In this document: positions 48,585 to 58,087 of the stretch, piece by piece
Layout of the letters: every line of letters starts with the position of its first letter
Numbering within the stretch: position 1 is the first letter of the stretch
Source of the DNA: an uncultured Candidatus Competibacteraceae bacterium
Lineage (GTDB): Bacteria; Pseudomonadota; Gammaproteobacteria; Competibacterales; Competibacteraceae
Reading direction: 5' to 3'
Length of the DNA stretch: 64,000 nt
Assembly: GCA_964423745.1 (NCBI GenBank)
Contig: CAYRGG010000006.1
Location: forward strand, 16,406 to 80,405
Notes under the pieces: model-generated
What the model saw: the letters and a program-made list of their open reading frames with translations, nothing else
Told to the model about the DNA's origin: nothing
Database searches by the model: none
Made by a program: the position numbers and the translations under genes

Positions 48585-49753
48585 AGTACTTCGGCAAGGT
48601 GCAAACTACCGTAAGTGCCCACGCGATCTTGAGCATGTAAGGCGTTGGTGAGTTGAGGGAAAAAGCGTAGCGACGATTTGGCGGACTGAGGTAGAAAGCT
48701 AACATCGGTACCCGCAGAACGCATCAGTATTTTGCTGCCTGAAGCACTATTTTTTAAAATCAGTTGCCATTCCTCTTCAAGGGCTTTTGGATCGTGCCAC
48801 GCGAGCCAATCCTGGTGATCTAGTAACACAAAATGACTGTAACACCCAGGATTGTTTGTCAAAAATTTGCTGACCGTTGTGTTGTAAGTTTTTACCCTAT
48901 TTGTTTGGTTACGAAGGGTATCGTGATTTTTCTTTTTCAGATAATTGGGACAGCAATTTTCTGTGTAGCAACCCGTTAAATAAACGCGCCAAAAATAATT
49001 ATCCTTGATTAAAACCTCCGTCAACACATGTTTTAGTTTTTTATTCACATAACCCCAAATACCACCTTCGTATTGGGAGTCGATTAGACGAATTTGTGGT
49101 CGAGGAACCCCGATCATGGCCATGGTCATGGGTTGTTTAACCAGCCAAGCGCTAAATTTTCCCCATAAGACAGGTTCAATCTTGCAGTAAATCTCCTTTT
49201 GCTCCTGCAGCGTTTGGGCATTAAGCAAATTAAATACGTAGTCTTTTTTATTTTCCGAACGAAGCATGTACTTTTTCAAAATCCATGCTATGGCCCCCGA
49301 AGTGCCATAATAGTAAAACGATTTTTTTTTACTATCCGTGGCAAAGTATTGAATTTTTTCATCCCAAAAAGCTTGGGCATAGGGGGGTAAATAGGATTTT
49401 ATCGCGTTATAGACATCTCTAAATCGACGGTGGGAACCGAGTCCAAACATAGCAAACAAATCGTCAAAGTTGCCCTGCTTAATAAGCGCTAACTTAAGAT
49501 GAAGCAGCGCATTTTGGCGGGGATTTACATCAACGGCATGAATCTCTGCGGGTTGGTCTAACAGATAATCGAGGGCATTGCAGCCCGCACTGGTGAGCAT
49601 GACGACTTTACTATTGCTGTCTAGATTGAGCATTTGACGATCGATGCGCGGGTCTTCCCAACAAATGTTATAGATGAGGCAGCGGTTATGTACTGTTTTA
49701 AAGAGCAAATCATGGGCGTTGTTAGCCAATCTTTTAGGGAGGTTTCTTACCAT
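48581..49753 (-). CDS. DUF3419 / BtaA-like S-adenosylmethionine:diacylglycerol 3-amino-3-carboxypropyl transferase family protein.
   Basis: 390 aa. The N-terminal NICWEDPRID...SAGCNALDY segment is characteristic of BtaA-like proteins. Confidence 0.5.
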   Translation of the reverse strand: MVRNLPKRLANNAHDLLFKTVHNRCLIYNICWEDPRIDRQMLNLDSNSKVVMLTSAGCNALDYLLDQPAEIHAVDVNPRQNALLHLKLALIKQGNFDDLFAMFGLGSHRRFRDVYNAIKSYLPPYAQAFWDEKIQYFATDSKKKSFYYYGTSGAIAWILKKYMLRSENKKDYVFNLLNAQTLQEQKEIYCKIEPVLWGKFSAWLVKQPMTMAMIGVPRPQIRLIDSQYEGGIWGYVNKKLKHVLTEVLIKDNYFWRVYLTGCYTENCCPNYLKKKNHDTLRNQTNRVKTYNTTVSKFLTNNPGCYSHFVLLDHQDWLAWHDPKALEEEWQLILKNSASGSKILMRSAGTDVSFLPQSAKSSLRFFPQLTNALHAQDRVGTYGSLHLAEVL

Positions 49754-49963
49754 ATTGTTTGGGCCAGTCAGTTACTTAAGGAGTATTTCAGCCCTACTAT
49801 GGGGTGGGATTGGTGAAAAAATTGTGTCAGTCGAATTAAGGTTTTGTTGCAATGGATTGATAGAAGACTTATTTTCAGAGCGGAAGAATTGACGGGTGGG
49901 TTTTTCGCAATAGGTTATTGCTGAGTTTTATTAGACACGGTTTTACGACAGAATTGCTAATGG

Positions 49964-50449
49964 CTAGGGTTTCCAACGTTCGGGATGGGCCCAGTGCTGA
50001 CTATTAAACCAATCAGGACGGGTTTTATAGCTTTCAATGGCATAGTGATAGAGATGTAGTGGTTTACCCGCCAGCTGATAGCGGGCCATGAGTGTCATGC
50101 CGTAACCTAAAAGATCCGTCATTTCCCAATAACTTTGCTGGTTTTCCCAGGCGTTACCCATGGGGAGCAGGGCAACAAAACGGCTTGTGTGCAAGTCCCG
50201 TAACAGGGCTAGCACCCTACCAGCGGTTTTATGGTCTAGATGTTCTAAGGTGTTAGCGACAATACCCAAGTCAAAACGTTCTAAACTGCGCAGTTGCTCT
50301 ACAATATCGCCGTCTGAATAAACGAGTTGGCGCTGCCTAGACGAGTTTGCCTGGGTGAGCAGGGTGGGGTCGGGATCGATAAGCAGCAGAGAGACTGGGC
50401 GAGCCACTTCAAGCAAGGTTTGCAGATCCCGGTGGTGAACGGTATGCAT
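49964..50449 (-). CDS. Hypothetical protein (possible methyltransferase-fold remnant).
   Basis: 161 aa ORF; weak similarity in pattern only. Confidence 0.3.
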   Translation of the reverse strand: MHTVHHRDLQTLLEVARPVSLLLIDPDPTLLTQANSSRQRQLVYSDGDIVEQLRSLERFDLGIVANTLEHLDHKTAGRVLALLRDLHTSRFVALLPMGNAWENQQSYWEMTDLLGYGMTLMARYQLAGKPLHLYHYAIESYKTRPDWFNSQHWAHPERWKP

Positions 50450-50591
50450 AGGTTGGGTATTATCTGAGGTGTCTAATGGTGATGGTTAGCGGGCTTATAC
50501 TGACAGTCACGCACTTGGTTATTTTAAGTTATTTAAGCGGCATGGCAAGGCAACCATTGTCCTTAGTTTACTCGGTGACAAGAGGTTAACA

Positions 50592-51395
50592 ATGATTGGG
50601 CGGGTGCTTATCATAGCAGGTTCGGATTCCAGTGGCGGCGCTGGCATTCAAGCAGATATCAAAACCGTTACGGCTTTGGGGGGTTATGCCGCCACCGCTA
50701 TCACCGCGCTGACAGCGCAAAATACCTAAGGGGTCTTCGGGGTGCGAGATGTGGATACGGATTTCATCGAGCAGCAAATACGTGTGGTGTTAGACGATAT
50801 TGGCAGTGACTGTATTAAAACCGGTATGCTCCATAGCAGCCCGGTGATCGAGACGGTGGTGGCTGTCCTTGAAAAGAATGCTGTTAAAAAACCTCTGGTA
50901 GTCGACCCAGTCATGTTCGCCAAGAATGGCCAACCCCTCTTGGAAGCATCAGCATGCAAGACGCTTAGGCAGCGCCTCGTGCCCAAGGCCACCGTGCTGA
51001 CCCCCAATGTAAAAGAAGCAGAGGTTTTATGTGAGATGACGATCCGCCATGTGGACGCCCTACAAACGGCTGGGCAGCAGCTATTAAAACAAGGACCCAC
51101 CGCAGTATTGATGAAAGGAGGGCATTTGCAAACCGATCCGGTCGTCGATCTATCAGTGTCTCGGCAAGGTGTAAATTCGTTTACCCGGCCACGTCTGCAA
51201 ACGCCCCATACCCATGGCACGGGTTGTACATTAGCCTCGGCCATCGCCACCGGCTTAGCCCAGGGTTTATCGCTAGATATGGCGGTACCCCGTGCCTATG
51301 CCTACCTTTATGAGGCAATCCGTACAGCGCCGGGTTTAGGCAAAGGACGGGGGCCATTAAACCACGGACACACAGTCCGTCATGGCGACGGTTAG
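50592..51395 (+). pseudogene. thiD: Hydroxymethylpyrimidine/phosphomethylpyrimidine kinase ThiD interrupted by an in-frame TAA at codon 46 (50727-50729).
   Basis: The N-terminus [20 protein letters not shown]...ALTAQNT-stop-GVFGV aligns with ThiD ..ALVAENTCGVQSV. The downstream 217 aa ORF (50742-51395) is in the same frame. Confidence 0.7.
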
Positions 51396-51400
51396 TCTCT

Positions 51401-51943
51401 ATGGGCCAGCGTTTGTTACCCAATGCCCAGGTGCCTGTGGTGGGGTTCATCGCTCCTCGGGGTAACGTTACCATGGACTTGCTGAGTCAAGTGACAGTCT
51501 TACTTCAGGCACAGCAGGTGCGGATCGCTATGGTGAAGGAGGCGCCGGAGGATTTTGATATGGATCAGCCTGGTAAGGATAGTTATCGGTTACGCAAGGC
51601 TGGCGTAGAACGTTTGCTGATAACCTCGTCTCGGAAATCCGCTTTATTATTAGAGCATCCTAAAGCAGTTGATCCAACACTCAATGATTTGTTGGCGTTG
51701 CTGCATCAGGATGTGCTGGATGTGGTGTTGGTAGAGGGTTTTGCTCAGCAGGCGTTTCCTAAAATCGAGTTGCAATGGGCGCCAAGCCCTTTACGCCATT
51801 ATCCTGCAGATCCACACATTATCGCCATAGGAACCGATCAACCGGATAAATTACAGGTATCAATTCCTATTTTAGACCTTAGAAAACCCAGCGCGGTTGC
51901 CGAGTTTTTGATGAGTTTGATCCACGCCCACCCATTGCCATGA
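51401..51943 (+). CDS. MobB-like protein with a degenerate Walker A motif.
   Basis: DQPGKDSYRLRKAGVERL matches MobB DKPGKDSYELRKAGAAQ. The P-loop position reads APRGNVT rather than GTGKTT. Confidence 0.55.
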   Translation: MGQRLLPNAQVPVVGFIAPRGNVTMDLLSQVTVLLQAQQVRIAMVKEAPEDFDMDQPGKDSYRLRKAGVERLLITSSRKSALLLEHPKAVDPTLNDLLALLHQDVLDVVLVEGFAQQAFPKIELQWAPSPLRHYPADPHIIAIGTDQPDKLQVSIPILDLRKPSAVAEFLMSLIHAHPLP

Positions 51944-52761
51944 ATTCTGTCATAATCCGTAGAACCCCTTGGCAAGCAAAGCTTTACGAAATCATTTTTG
52001 AAGCGGAGACGCCGGCAGGACGTCTGTTTGACCTGATTTTGCTCTGGTGTATTTTGCTAAGCGTTTTTGTGGTGTTTTTAGATAGCATCGCTGAGTTTCA
52101 TGCCCGCTATTGGTATTACTTAAGAATCGCGGAATGGTTTTTTACCTTTTTATTTACCGTTGAGTATGTATTAAGACTCAGCTGTTATGGGCGCCCCCTG
52201 ATTTATGCCAGAAGCTTTTTTGGCATTGTGGATTTGTTGGCTATCTTACCTTCCTATTTAAGCTTTTTGTTTCCCGGTACGGAATCCCTGGTGGTGGTGC
52301 GAGCCCTGCGGATGTTGCGCATTTTTCGTATTCTGAAAATGGCTCGCTACCTGGTTGAAGCAAGGCTTTTAGCAGGGGCCGTTTGGGAGACACGGCGGAA
52401 AATTATTGTGTTTGTCATCACCGTTGTGACATTGGTGATTATTATCGGCGCTGTCATGTATTTGATCGAAGGAAAAGAACATGGTTTTGACAGTGTACCC
52501 CGGGGAATGTATTGGGCCATTGTGACGTTAACAACGGTGGGTTACGGGGATATCTCTCCACAAACCCCTTTGGGTCAGATTTTCGCCAGTATTGTGATGA
52601 TCTGCGGTTATGGCATCATTGCAGTGCCCACCGGTATCGTGACAGTAGCCATATCACGAGCGAGTCAGCAGCCGGTTAGCAGCCAGGTTTGTCCCCGTTG
52701 CACCGCGCAAGGCCATGATATTGACGCCAAGTACTGTAAGTATTGCGGTAGTTCCCTCTAG
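51940..52761 (+). CDS. Voltage-gated K+ channel (a voltage-sensor plus pore module) with a C-terminal Cys4 zinc-ribbon.
   Basis: S4 helix LRMLRIFRILKMARYL. Selectivity filter TTVGYGD. C-terminal CPRC...CKYC. ATGA overlap with the mobB-like gene. Confidence 0.7.
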   Translation: MNSVIIRRTPWQAKLYEIIFEAETPAGRLFDLILLWCILLSVFVVFLDSIAEFHARYWYYLRIAEWFFTFLFTVEYVLRLSCYGRPLIYARSFFGIVDLLAILPSYLSFLFPGTESLVVVRALRMLRIFRILKMARYLVEARLLAGAVWETRRKIIVFVITVVTLVIIIGAVMYLIEGKEHGFDSVPRGMYWAIVTLTTVGYGDISPQTPLGQIFASIVMICGYGIIAVPTGIVTVAISRASQQPVSSQVCPRCTAQGHDIDAKYCKYCGSSL

Positions 52762-52804
52762 CAGTAGTTTATTGACTTGAAGACATGGGTATCGAGTAAG
52801 AGCT

Positions 52805-53041
52805 TCACGGATTGCCGCTGAGCCAGAAATTATGGGGTAGAGGATCATTAAAATCGTCGCTCATGTGGATTTTGCCCCGATACTCACCAAAAACCCGTTT
52901 ACTACTCGTCTCCGGCGCTATGGAAACAAGCTTCACTTTATGATCGTCCTGGGTAATGACAATTTCTTCACCTTGCTCCGCAAGATGAATGAGCTCAGCA
53001 AGTTGAGCTTTTGCTTCTTGAAGGGTGACGGTTGTTGTCAT
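52805..53041 (-). CDS. Phd/YefM-type antitoxin-like protein with an extended C-terminal tail. No cognate toxin is adjacent.
   Basis: The N-terminus TVTLQEAKAQLAELIHLAEQGEEIVIT is the Phd/YefM fold signature. 78 aa. Confidence 0.5.
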   Translation of the reverse strand: MTTTVTLQEAKAQLAELIHLAEQGEEIVITQDDHKVKLVSIAPETSSKRVFGEYRGKIHMSDDFNDPLPHNFWLSGNP

Positions 53042-53124
53042 GAGGATATACCCTATTCAAATGCAGATATCACAACAGTTTACCAAAAAGGCTTAGGTGG
53101 TTTGGCAACGGTGTTGAAACCAAC

Positions 53125-53940
53125 TTATCTTATCGTGTTTCCCTGACGCAGACCCACCACGGTGGGAAATCGGCCGGACACGTAGCCCTCTTTATGACAG
53201 GAAAAAAATGTTTCGTTATGACAGCCGGTGCAAAGCTGTGTTTCATGGATGTGGTCTGCAGCAACACCACAACCCTGTAATTGGGTTTTGAAAGCGCCTA
53301 TCAAGTCGATTTGGTAGATGCCGTCTCCGCTGTCTGTCAGAAAAGGTTGCCAGAAAGGCTCATGGCGTTGCTGCGGTTCTTTGATGTGATAGCAGCAGGG
53401 ATAAATGGCCGGTCCAATACCCACACGTAAGGATTTTGGTGCTATCCCATAAGTGGTTTGCAAGGCTTCCACCACCGTCTCGGTAAAATGGGCCATGACA
53501 TTGCGCCAACCCAAATGAACCAGTCCCGTAAAAGACCCTTGGGTGTCGGAAAAGATAGCCGGGATACAGTCGGCTGTACTCAGCAAAAAATAGCTACCGG
53601 CAGTGCGAGTAAACGCGCCATCGGTTTTATAAAGCACGTCTCTGGGGTTAGCTTGCCAAGCCTCATCGTCGACAAAGGCAATCCGATCTCCATGACACGG
53701 GTTAAGAATGCGTAACGGGCGATCCACAATATCTAAGGCATGATACAGGCGATCGCGATTTTGCGATGCCTGGGAATCTTGGGTGACAAACGCGGTATTG
53801 AAACTGGCGTAGGGCGGTGTACTGACGCCCCCTGTGCGAGCAAAAAAGCCATGCCAGAGAGGGAGTGTCGCAAACCGATAGCGAGTCAATCCTGAGCGAA
53901 TTTCAATTAAACAAGATGACTTCGTAGCGAGATTATTCAC
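53125..53940 (-). CDS. pgeF: PgeF/YfiH (laccase-domain, DUF152) purine nucleoside phosphorylase-like protein.
   Basis: 271 aa with conserved Cys/His contexts typical of YfiH. Confidence 0.65.
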   Translation of the reverse strand: MNNLATKSSCLIEIRSGLTRYRFATLPLWHGFFARTGGVSTPPYASFNTAFVTQDSQASQNRDRLYHALDIVDRPLRILNPCHGDRIAFVDDEAWQANPRDVLYKTDGAFTRTAGSYFLLSTADCIPAIFSDTQGSFTGLVHLGWRNVMAHFTETVVEALQTTYGIAPKSLRVGIGPAIYPCCYHIKEPQQRHEPFWQPFLTDSGDGIYQIDLIGAFKTQLQGCGVAADHIHETQLCTGCHNETFFSCHKEGYVSGRFPTVVGLRQGNTIR

Positions 53941-55393
53941 AGAGACCCTTTAGTTGTTCATAGTCGCTAAAGGGAAGCTGTTGATCGCCGATGATTTGGT
54001 AAGGTTCATGGCCTTTACCAGCCACAAGAATAATATCGCCAGCTTGGCTTAATGCCATAGCTTTGCGAATCGCTGCGCGACGATCTGGTTCAACAAACCT
54101 GTTCTGCTCAGGCATACCTTTTAAAATATCATCAATGATTGTCGCAGGATCTTCTCGGCGTGGATTGTCCGAAGTAACCACGCACAAGTCGGAACCTTGT
54201 GCTGCCACCGCGCCCATCAGCGGTCGTTTGCCTTTGTCGCGATTGCCACCGCAGCCGAACACGGTAATGATGCGACCGGGATTCAAGGTTCGCAAGGTCT
54301 GCAATGCCTTTTCCAGGGCATCGGGTGTATGGGAGTAATCGACAACGCCTACTCGGCCCTGTCCCAGAGGTAGCGTTTCCAGACGGCCGGGTACGCTGCG
54401 CAACGCTATGCTGGCGGCCGCCAAACTCTGTAGGGTTGGGCCACAGGCTAAGCAAGCCCCTAACGCAGCCAGCACATTGGAGACATTAAAAGTGCCCACC
54501 AGACAGGTGGAAAACGTGACCGTTTCCCCACGGTAAGTAATTGTCATCTTGGTTTCATGTAAAGCATACTCCACCTGGATAACCCGCAAATCCGCCCAGG
54601 GAGAAGACCCAAAGGTCAGCACCGGACAGGGTGAAAGGGCGGCGATTTCTCGTCCTACTAGATCATCGGCATTGACGATAGACAAAGCATCAGATTTTAA
54701 GTGCTCGAATAAACTGAGTTTAGCTGCCCGGTAGTTTTCCATGCTGCCGTGAAAATCCAAATGATCTCGGCTCAAATTAGTAAACACAGCGATATCGGTA
54801 TCTAGACCAAAGACCCGGTCTAGGGACAAGGCATGGGAAGAGATCTCCATGGCGACTGTGCCTATGCGAGCCGCCTTTAATTCTTGCAAAATGCGAAACA
54901 GTGCTGGCGCGAGGGGGGTGGTGTAAATGGTGTCTTGTCGTTTTCCGGTGGCCGTCTGCAAACCCAGCGTGCCCAACGCCGCTGAGGGTTCTCCGCAAGC
55001 CATAAGCCACTGATAGATGAGCTGAGTAACGGTGGTTTTGCCGTTGGTACCTGTAACGCCGATAATACGCAATGCCTGATCGGGTTGATCGAAAAAGGAT
55101 TTGGCAGCCATGGCGGTAGCCTTACGCACATCAGCAACTATAATCTGCGGGATAGGCAACTCGGGGTGAAATTGGGCCGTAAGGAGAGCGGATATACGAT
55201 CGGTTGCTGCCCTGTTAAGAAGATCAGCACCCTGCTTCCAATGGCCATATTCAAGAAATTCTTCAATGACGCAATAAAAACAGTTAGACTGGATTTCCTC
55301 GGGTCGGCAAGCAATGGTTTGTAGGGTAACATCTGCCCAGTTAAACACGGCAGAAGGGCTTAGGGCTGTGACCACTTGACTTAGGGTTTTCAT
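53933..55393 (-). CDS. murE: Mur ligase, UDP-MurNAc-L-Ala-D-Glu:meso-DAP ligase (MurE)-like.
   Basis: The ATP-binding motif is GVTGTNGKTTV. 486 aa. Mur ligase middle and C-terminal motifs are present. Confidence 0.7.
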   Translation of the reverse strand: MKTLSQVVTALSPSAVFNWADVTLQTIACRPEEIQSNCFYCVIEEFLEYGHWKQGADLLNRAATDRISALLTAQFHPELPIPQIIVADVRKATAMAAKSFFDQPDQALRIIGVTGTNGKTTVTQLIYQWLMACGEPSAALGTLGLQTATGKRQDTIYTTPLAPALFRILQELKAARIGTVAMEISSHALSLDRVFGLDTDIAVFTNLSRDHLDFHGSMENYRAAKLSLFEHLKSDALSIVNADDLVGREIAALSPCPVLTFGSSPWADLRVIQVEYALHETKMTITYRGETVTFSTCLVGTFNVSNVLAALGACLACGPTLQSLAAASIALRSVPGRLETLPLGQGRVGVVDYSHTPDALEKALQTLRTLNPGRIITVFGCGGNRDKGKRPLMGAVAAQGSDLCVVTSDNPRREDPATIIDDILKGMPEQNRFVEPDRRAAIRKAMALSQAGDIILVAGKGHEPYQIIGDQQLPFSDYEQLKGLCE

Positions 55394-55780
55394 GGAATTA
55401 GATTAATTCTAAAAATTATTCTACAAACTATTGACAAAGCCGGTGGATTCTATAGGCTATGTTGCATAGCTTTTGTAAAGCTTTAACCTTCCTCACCTTT
55501 GTATCATAACGGCGTCCTACCATTAGGACCAAACCATTTGCAATACAAGTACCTCAAACCGTTTGATTTGAAACCTGTATAACATTATAAGCCGTATGAT
55601 AATTGAAGTTATTGAAGTTTTTATAATTCTAACAATACGTCTTCATGGGCGTGTTTATAATACAAACCCCTGTATATAGCGGGTATCTTTGAGCAGACAG
55701 TAAAACCTTTGAGCGTTTGCAGAACGTAACCATAATTTATTGATATTATTATCAACACTTAGCGACGCGAGGCCACAACA

Positions 55781-56035
55781 ATGAACGATATGGAAAAAGA
55801 TCTTAATTACCTTATCGAAACAGCAAAAGAAGCTACCAAGGTTTTGCGTCGGAATGCAGAATATTTTGAAGCGCAGGGTAAAGAAGCCCATGACGAACGT
55901 GAGGCCGTGAGGTGGTTGAATCTGGCTGTTCAGCTAGTACAGTATGACCTTCCAGATTCTGACAACGCTTTTGATGAATCTGGTCCGGGGTTGAGTGAAA
56001 ACCGTTCTTTGGACGAGGAGCGTCCAAACCTATAA
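55781..56035 (+). CDS. Hypothetical small acidic protein.
   Basis: 84 aa ORF followed about 165 nt downstream by a 14 bp-stem hairpin. Confidence 0.25.
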   Translation: MNDMEKDLNYLIETAKEATKVLRRNAEYFEAQGKEAHDEREAVRWLNLAVQLVQYDLPDSDNAFDESGPGLSENRSLDEERPNL

Positions 56036-56199
56036 CAGGTTTTCTCCATTCACAGGGAGGAAATGAGTGTATGTAAACGGTGTCAATGATTCTATGAAAT
56101 TGACGTTTCAATGGATAAAAATTTTTTCTAAGATTCTTTTAAACTAGAAATTTAGTTAAGCCGTTTGACGGTAAACCGTTGCCCCTTTCTATTCATATA

Positions 56200-56233
56200 C
56201 TTGTTGTGCGTTGAGGATACAACGCACAACAAG
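56200..56233 (+). terminator. Perfect 14 bp-stem hairpin (CTTGTTGTGCGTTG / CAACGCACAACAAG) followed by a T-rich tract. It may be a terminator or a regulatory structure.
   Basis: Read directly from the sequence. Confidence 0.35.
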
Positions 56234-56858
56234 TTATGTCTTTTCGGTTTTTATTCCTTAACTACCTTCCTAAGATTTTGCCCGAAAGGCGTTAAAAATG
56301 ACGCTGAGTATCACTTTGGCACCAAAAGAGACACAAGCTCCTGTCATAAACACCAATACACTTTCCAACTTTGCTATTTATAACACTTCTAAATACCCAG
56401 TTTGTGGTTTTAAGTTGAACGAAAAAGTAAGCTGTTTTAGCGAGTTGGCTAAAAAAATGCTTATATTATTATTCAAACCGAAACTTATTTGATGGGTTTG
56501 CTTCTCATCAAGCAAACTATTGTTCGCGATTTTTAGAAGATCTTTCCTTTTTGAAAATAAATATTGAACCTTAATGAATACTGCGTATTTTGAAGTGCTG
56601 CTTGAATGAAACGGTGTAATCTATTAAACAATTTTGAAAATTATTAGCAATTCTTTTGAGGGTAATTTACAACCTTTAACAGGCGCATGATTGAGTCATC
56701 AAAAATTTTTTTGTGTTGAAAAAACTATTTTTTATTAAGGTTCGTAATCGCAGAAATACTCGAACAATTAAGAAAAAATTTTTTCGCAACTTACATTAAT
56801 TACGGATATGACCCTAGATGGGTTAACTCTATTTCGATAGAGTACATTAGGAGTATGT

Positions 56859-58040
56859 ATGTCAATTAAACAGATTCTCGTAGTCGATGATTCCAAGGCT
56901 GCCAGATTGGTGCTAAGGAAAATGTTACAAGGCATCAATTTGGCAGTGGATTTAGCTGCTTCCGGTGAAGAGGCGCTTAAATATTTGTCTGCAAACTGTC
57001 CCGACGCGATTTTTATGGACCATACCATGCCGGGGATGGACGGTTTGCAAGTTATAAAAATGATAAAAAATGATGCGGAAACGGCAAAAATACCGGTAGC
57101 CATGTATACCTCCAAAGAGGAGCAAGGCTATGTGGACAAGGTAAAAGCCAGTGGTGCGGTAGGTATATTACCAAAACCCGCATCAGCGGATGCCCTTTCT
57201 TATATCATTAATCAGCTCAATGAAGCAGCTGATGCTGTGGATGCGCAATCCGCAGCGATCAACGGGAAGCGGATCGATGCAATGATTGCTGAGAATACGA
57301 CTGTAATTTCCAATGAAGCTATCGAAACCACCGCAAAAGCAGCCGTTGAATCCTTGTTTGACGATGCTATCCACACACGTATTTTACCCTTACTTGATGA
57401 AAAACTTGATACTTTTAAGCAAACCCTCTTTATGGATCAGGAATCAACGATCTTAGGCATTGCTGGAGGTGTTTGTGATACCCGTATCAACGGATTTACT
57501 GAAAAGTTAAATCGGCAGTTCAACGAGCAGATAAAGGAAATAAAAGAAAGTGTTAAAGCGACCCCATTGTCCAATGGGGTAACCCCTGAGTTGTTGGGGC
57601 AATTTGAGGGGACTTTGGAAGAATTTATTGAGGATAAGGCTAGACAGATAACCAAAGATACCTTGCAAAAGCATGTAAAAGATCTTGTACAAGAGGCAGC
57701 CGAAGTGGTTTACGAGGAACGAGCTGGCGAGCTAGCTAGTCGCTTGGCTCAGCAGCTGGGTAAACAGCTTGCAGCCACCAAAACGCCTCCTCGTGCAACA
57801 AAATCAGAGCAGCAAGTTTCTCAAGCTATGAACGATAGAATGGAGGCCATGGCTGTCAGTAAAGCAAAACAATCAGCTCAAGAGGCCGCTGAGAAAACAG
57901 CTAGCGACATTGTCAACAAAATGATGGTGGATATAAACAGAAACACTAAATCTGTTTTTAATCGTATGTATTTTTTTGCTATTTCAACCATTGTGTGTGC
58001 AGGTGCAACCATGGGTGCAGTTATTTTTTATATCAAATAA
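56859..58040 (+). CDS. Response-regulator receiver (CheY-like REC) domain protein with a long helical region and a C-terminal TM anchor. It has no DNA-binding domain.
   Basis: REC motifs VVDDS, DAIFMDHTMPGMDG and a conserved K. The C-terminus is hydrophobic (FFAISTIVCAGATMGAVIFYI). Confidence 0.6.
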   Translation: MSIKQILVVDDSKAARLVLRKMLQGINLAVDLAASGEEALKYLSANCPDAIFMDHTMPGMDGLQVIKMIKNDAETAKIPVAMYTSKEEQGYVDKVKASGAVGILPKPASADALSYIINQLNEAADAVDAQSAAINGKRIDAMIAENTTVISNEAIETTAKAAVESLFDDAIHTRILPLLDEKLDTFKQTLFMDQESTILGIAGGVCDTRINGFTEKLNRQFNEQIKEIKESVKATPLSNGVTPELLGQFEGTLEEFIEDKARQITKDTLQKHVKDLVQEAAEVVYEERAGELASRLAQQLGKQLAATKTPPRATKSEQQVSQAMNDRMEAMAVSKAKQSAQEAAEKTASDIVNKMMVDINRNTKSVFNRMYFFAISTIVCAGATMGAVIFYIK

Positions 58041-58087
58041 CCCTTGAAAAGTTATTTTGGAGTTTTATTTAACAAGGAGTAAGAACG

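Noticed and set aside
50742-51395. Treating the 217 aa ORF (GTG start) as an independent gene.
   Set aside because: It is in frame with, and homologous to, the continuation of the upstream 45-codon ThiD N-terminus. A single interrupted thiD is the more parsimonious reading.
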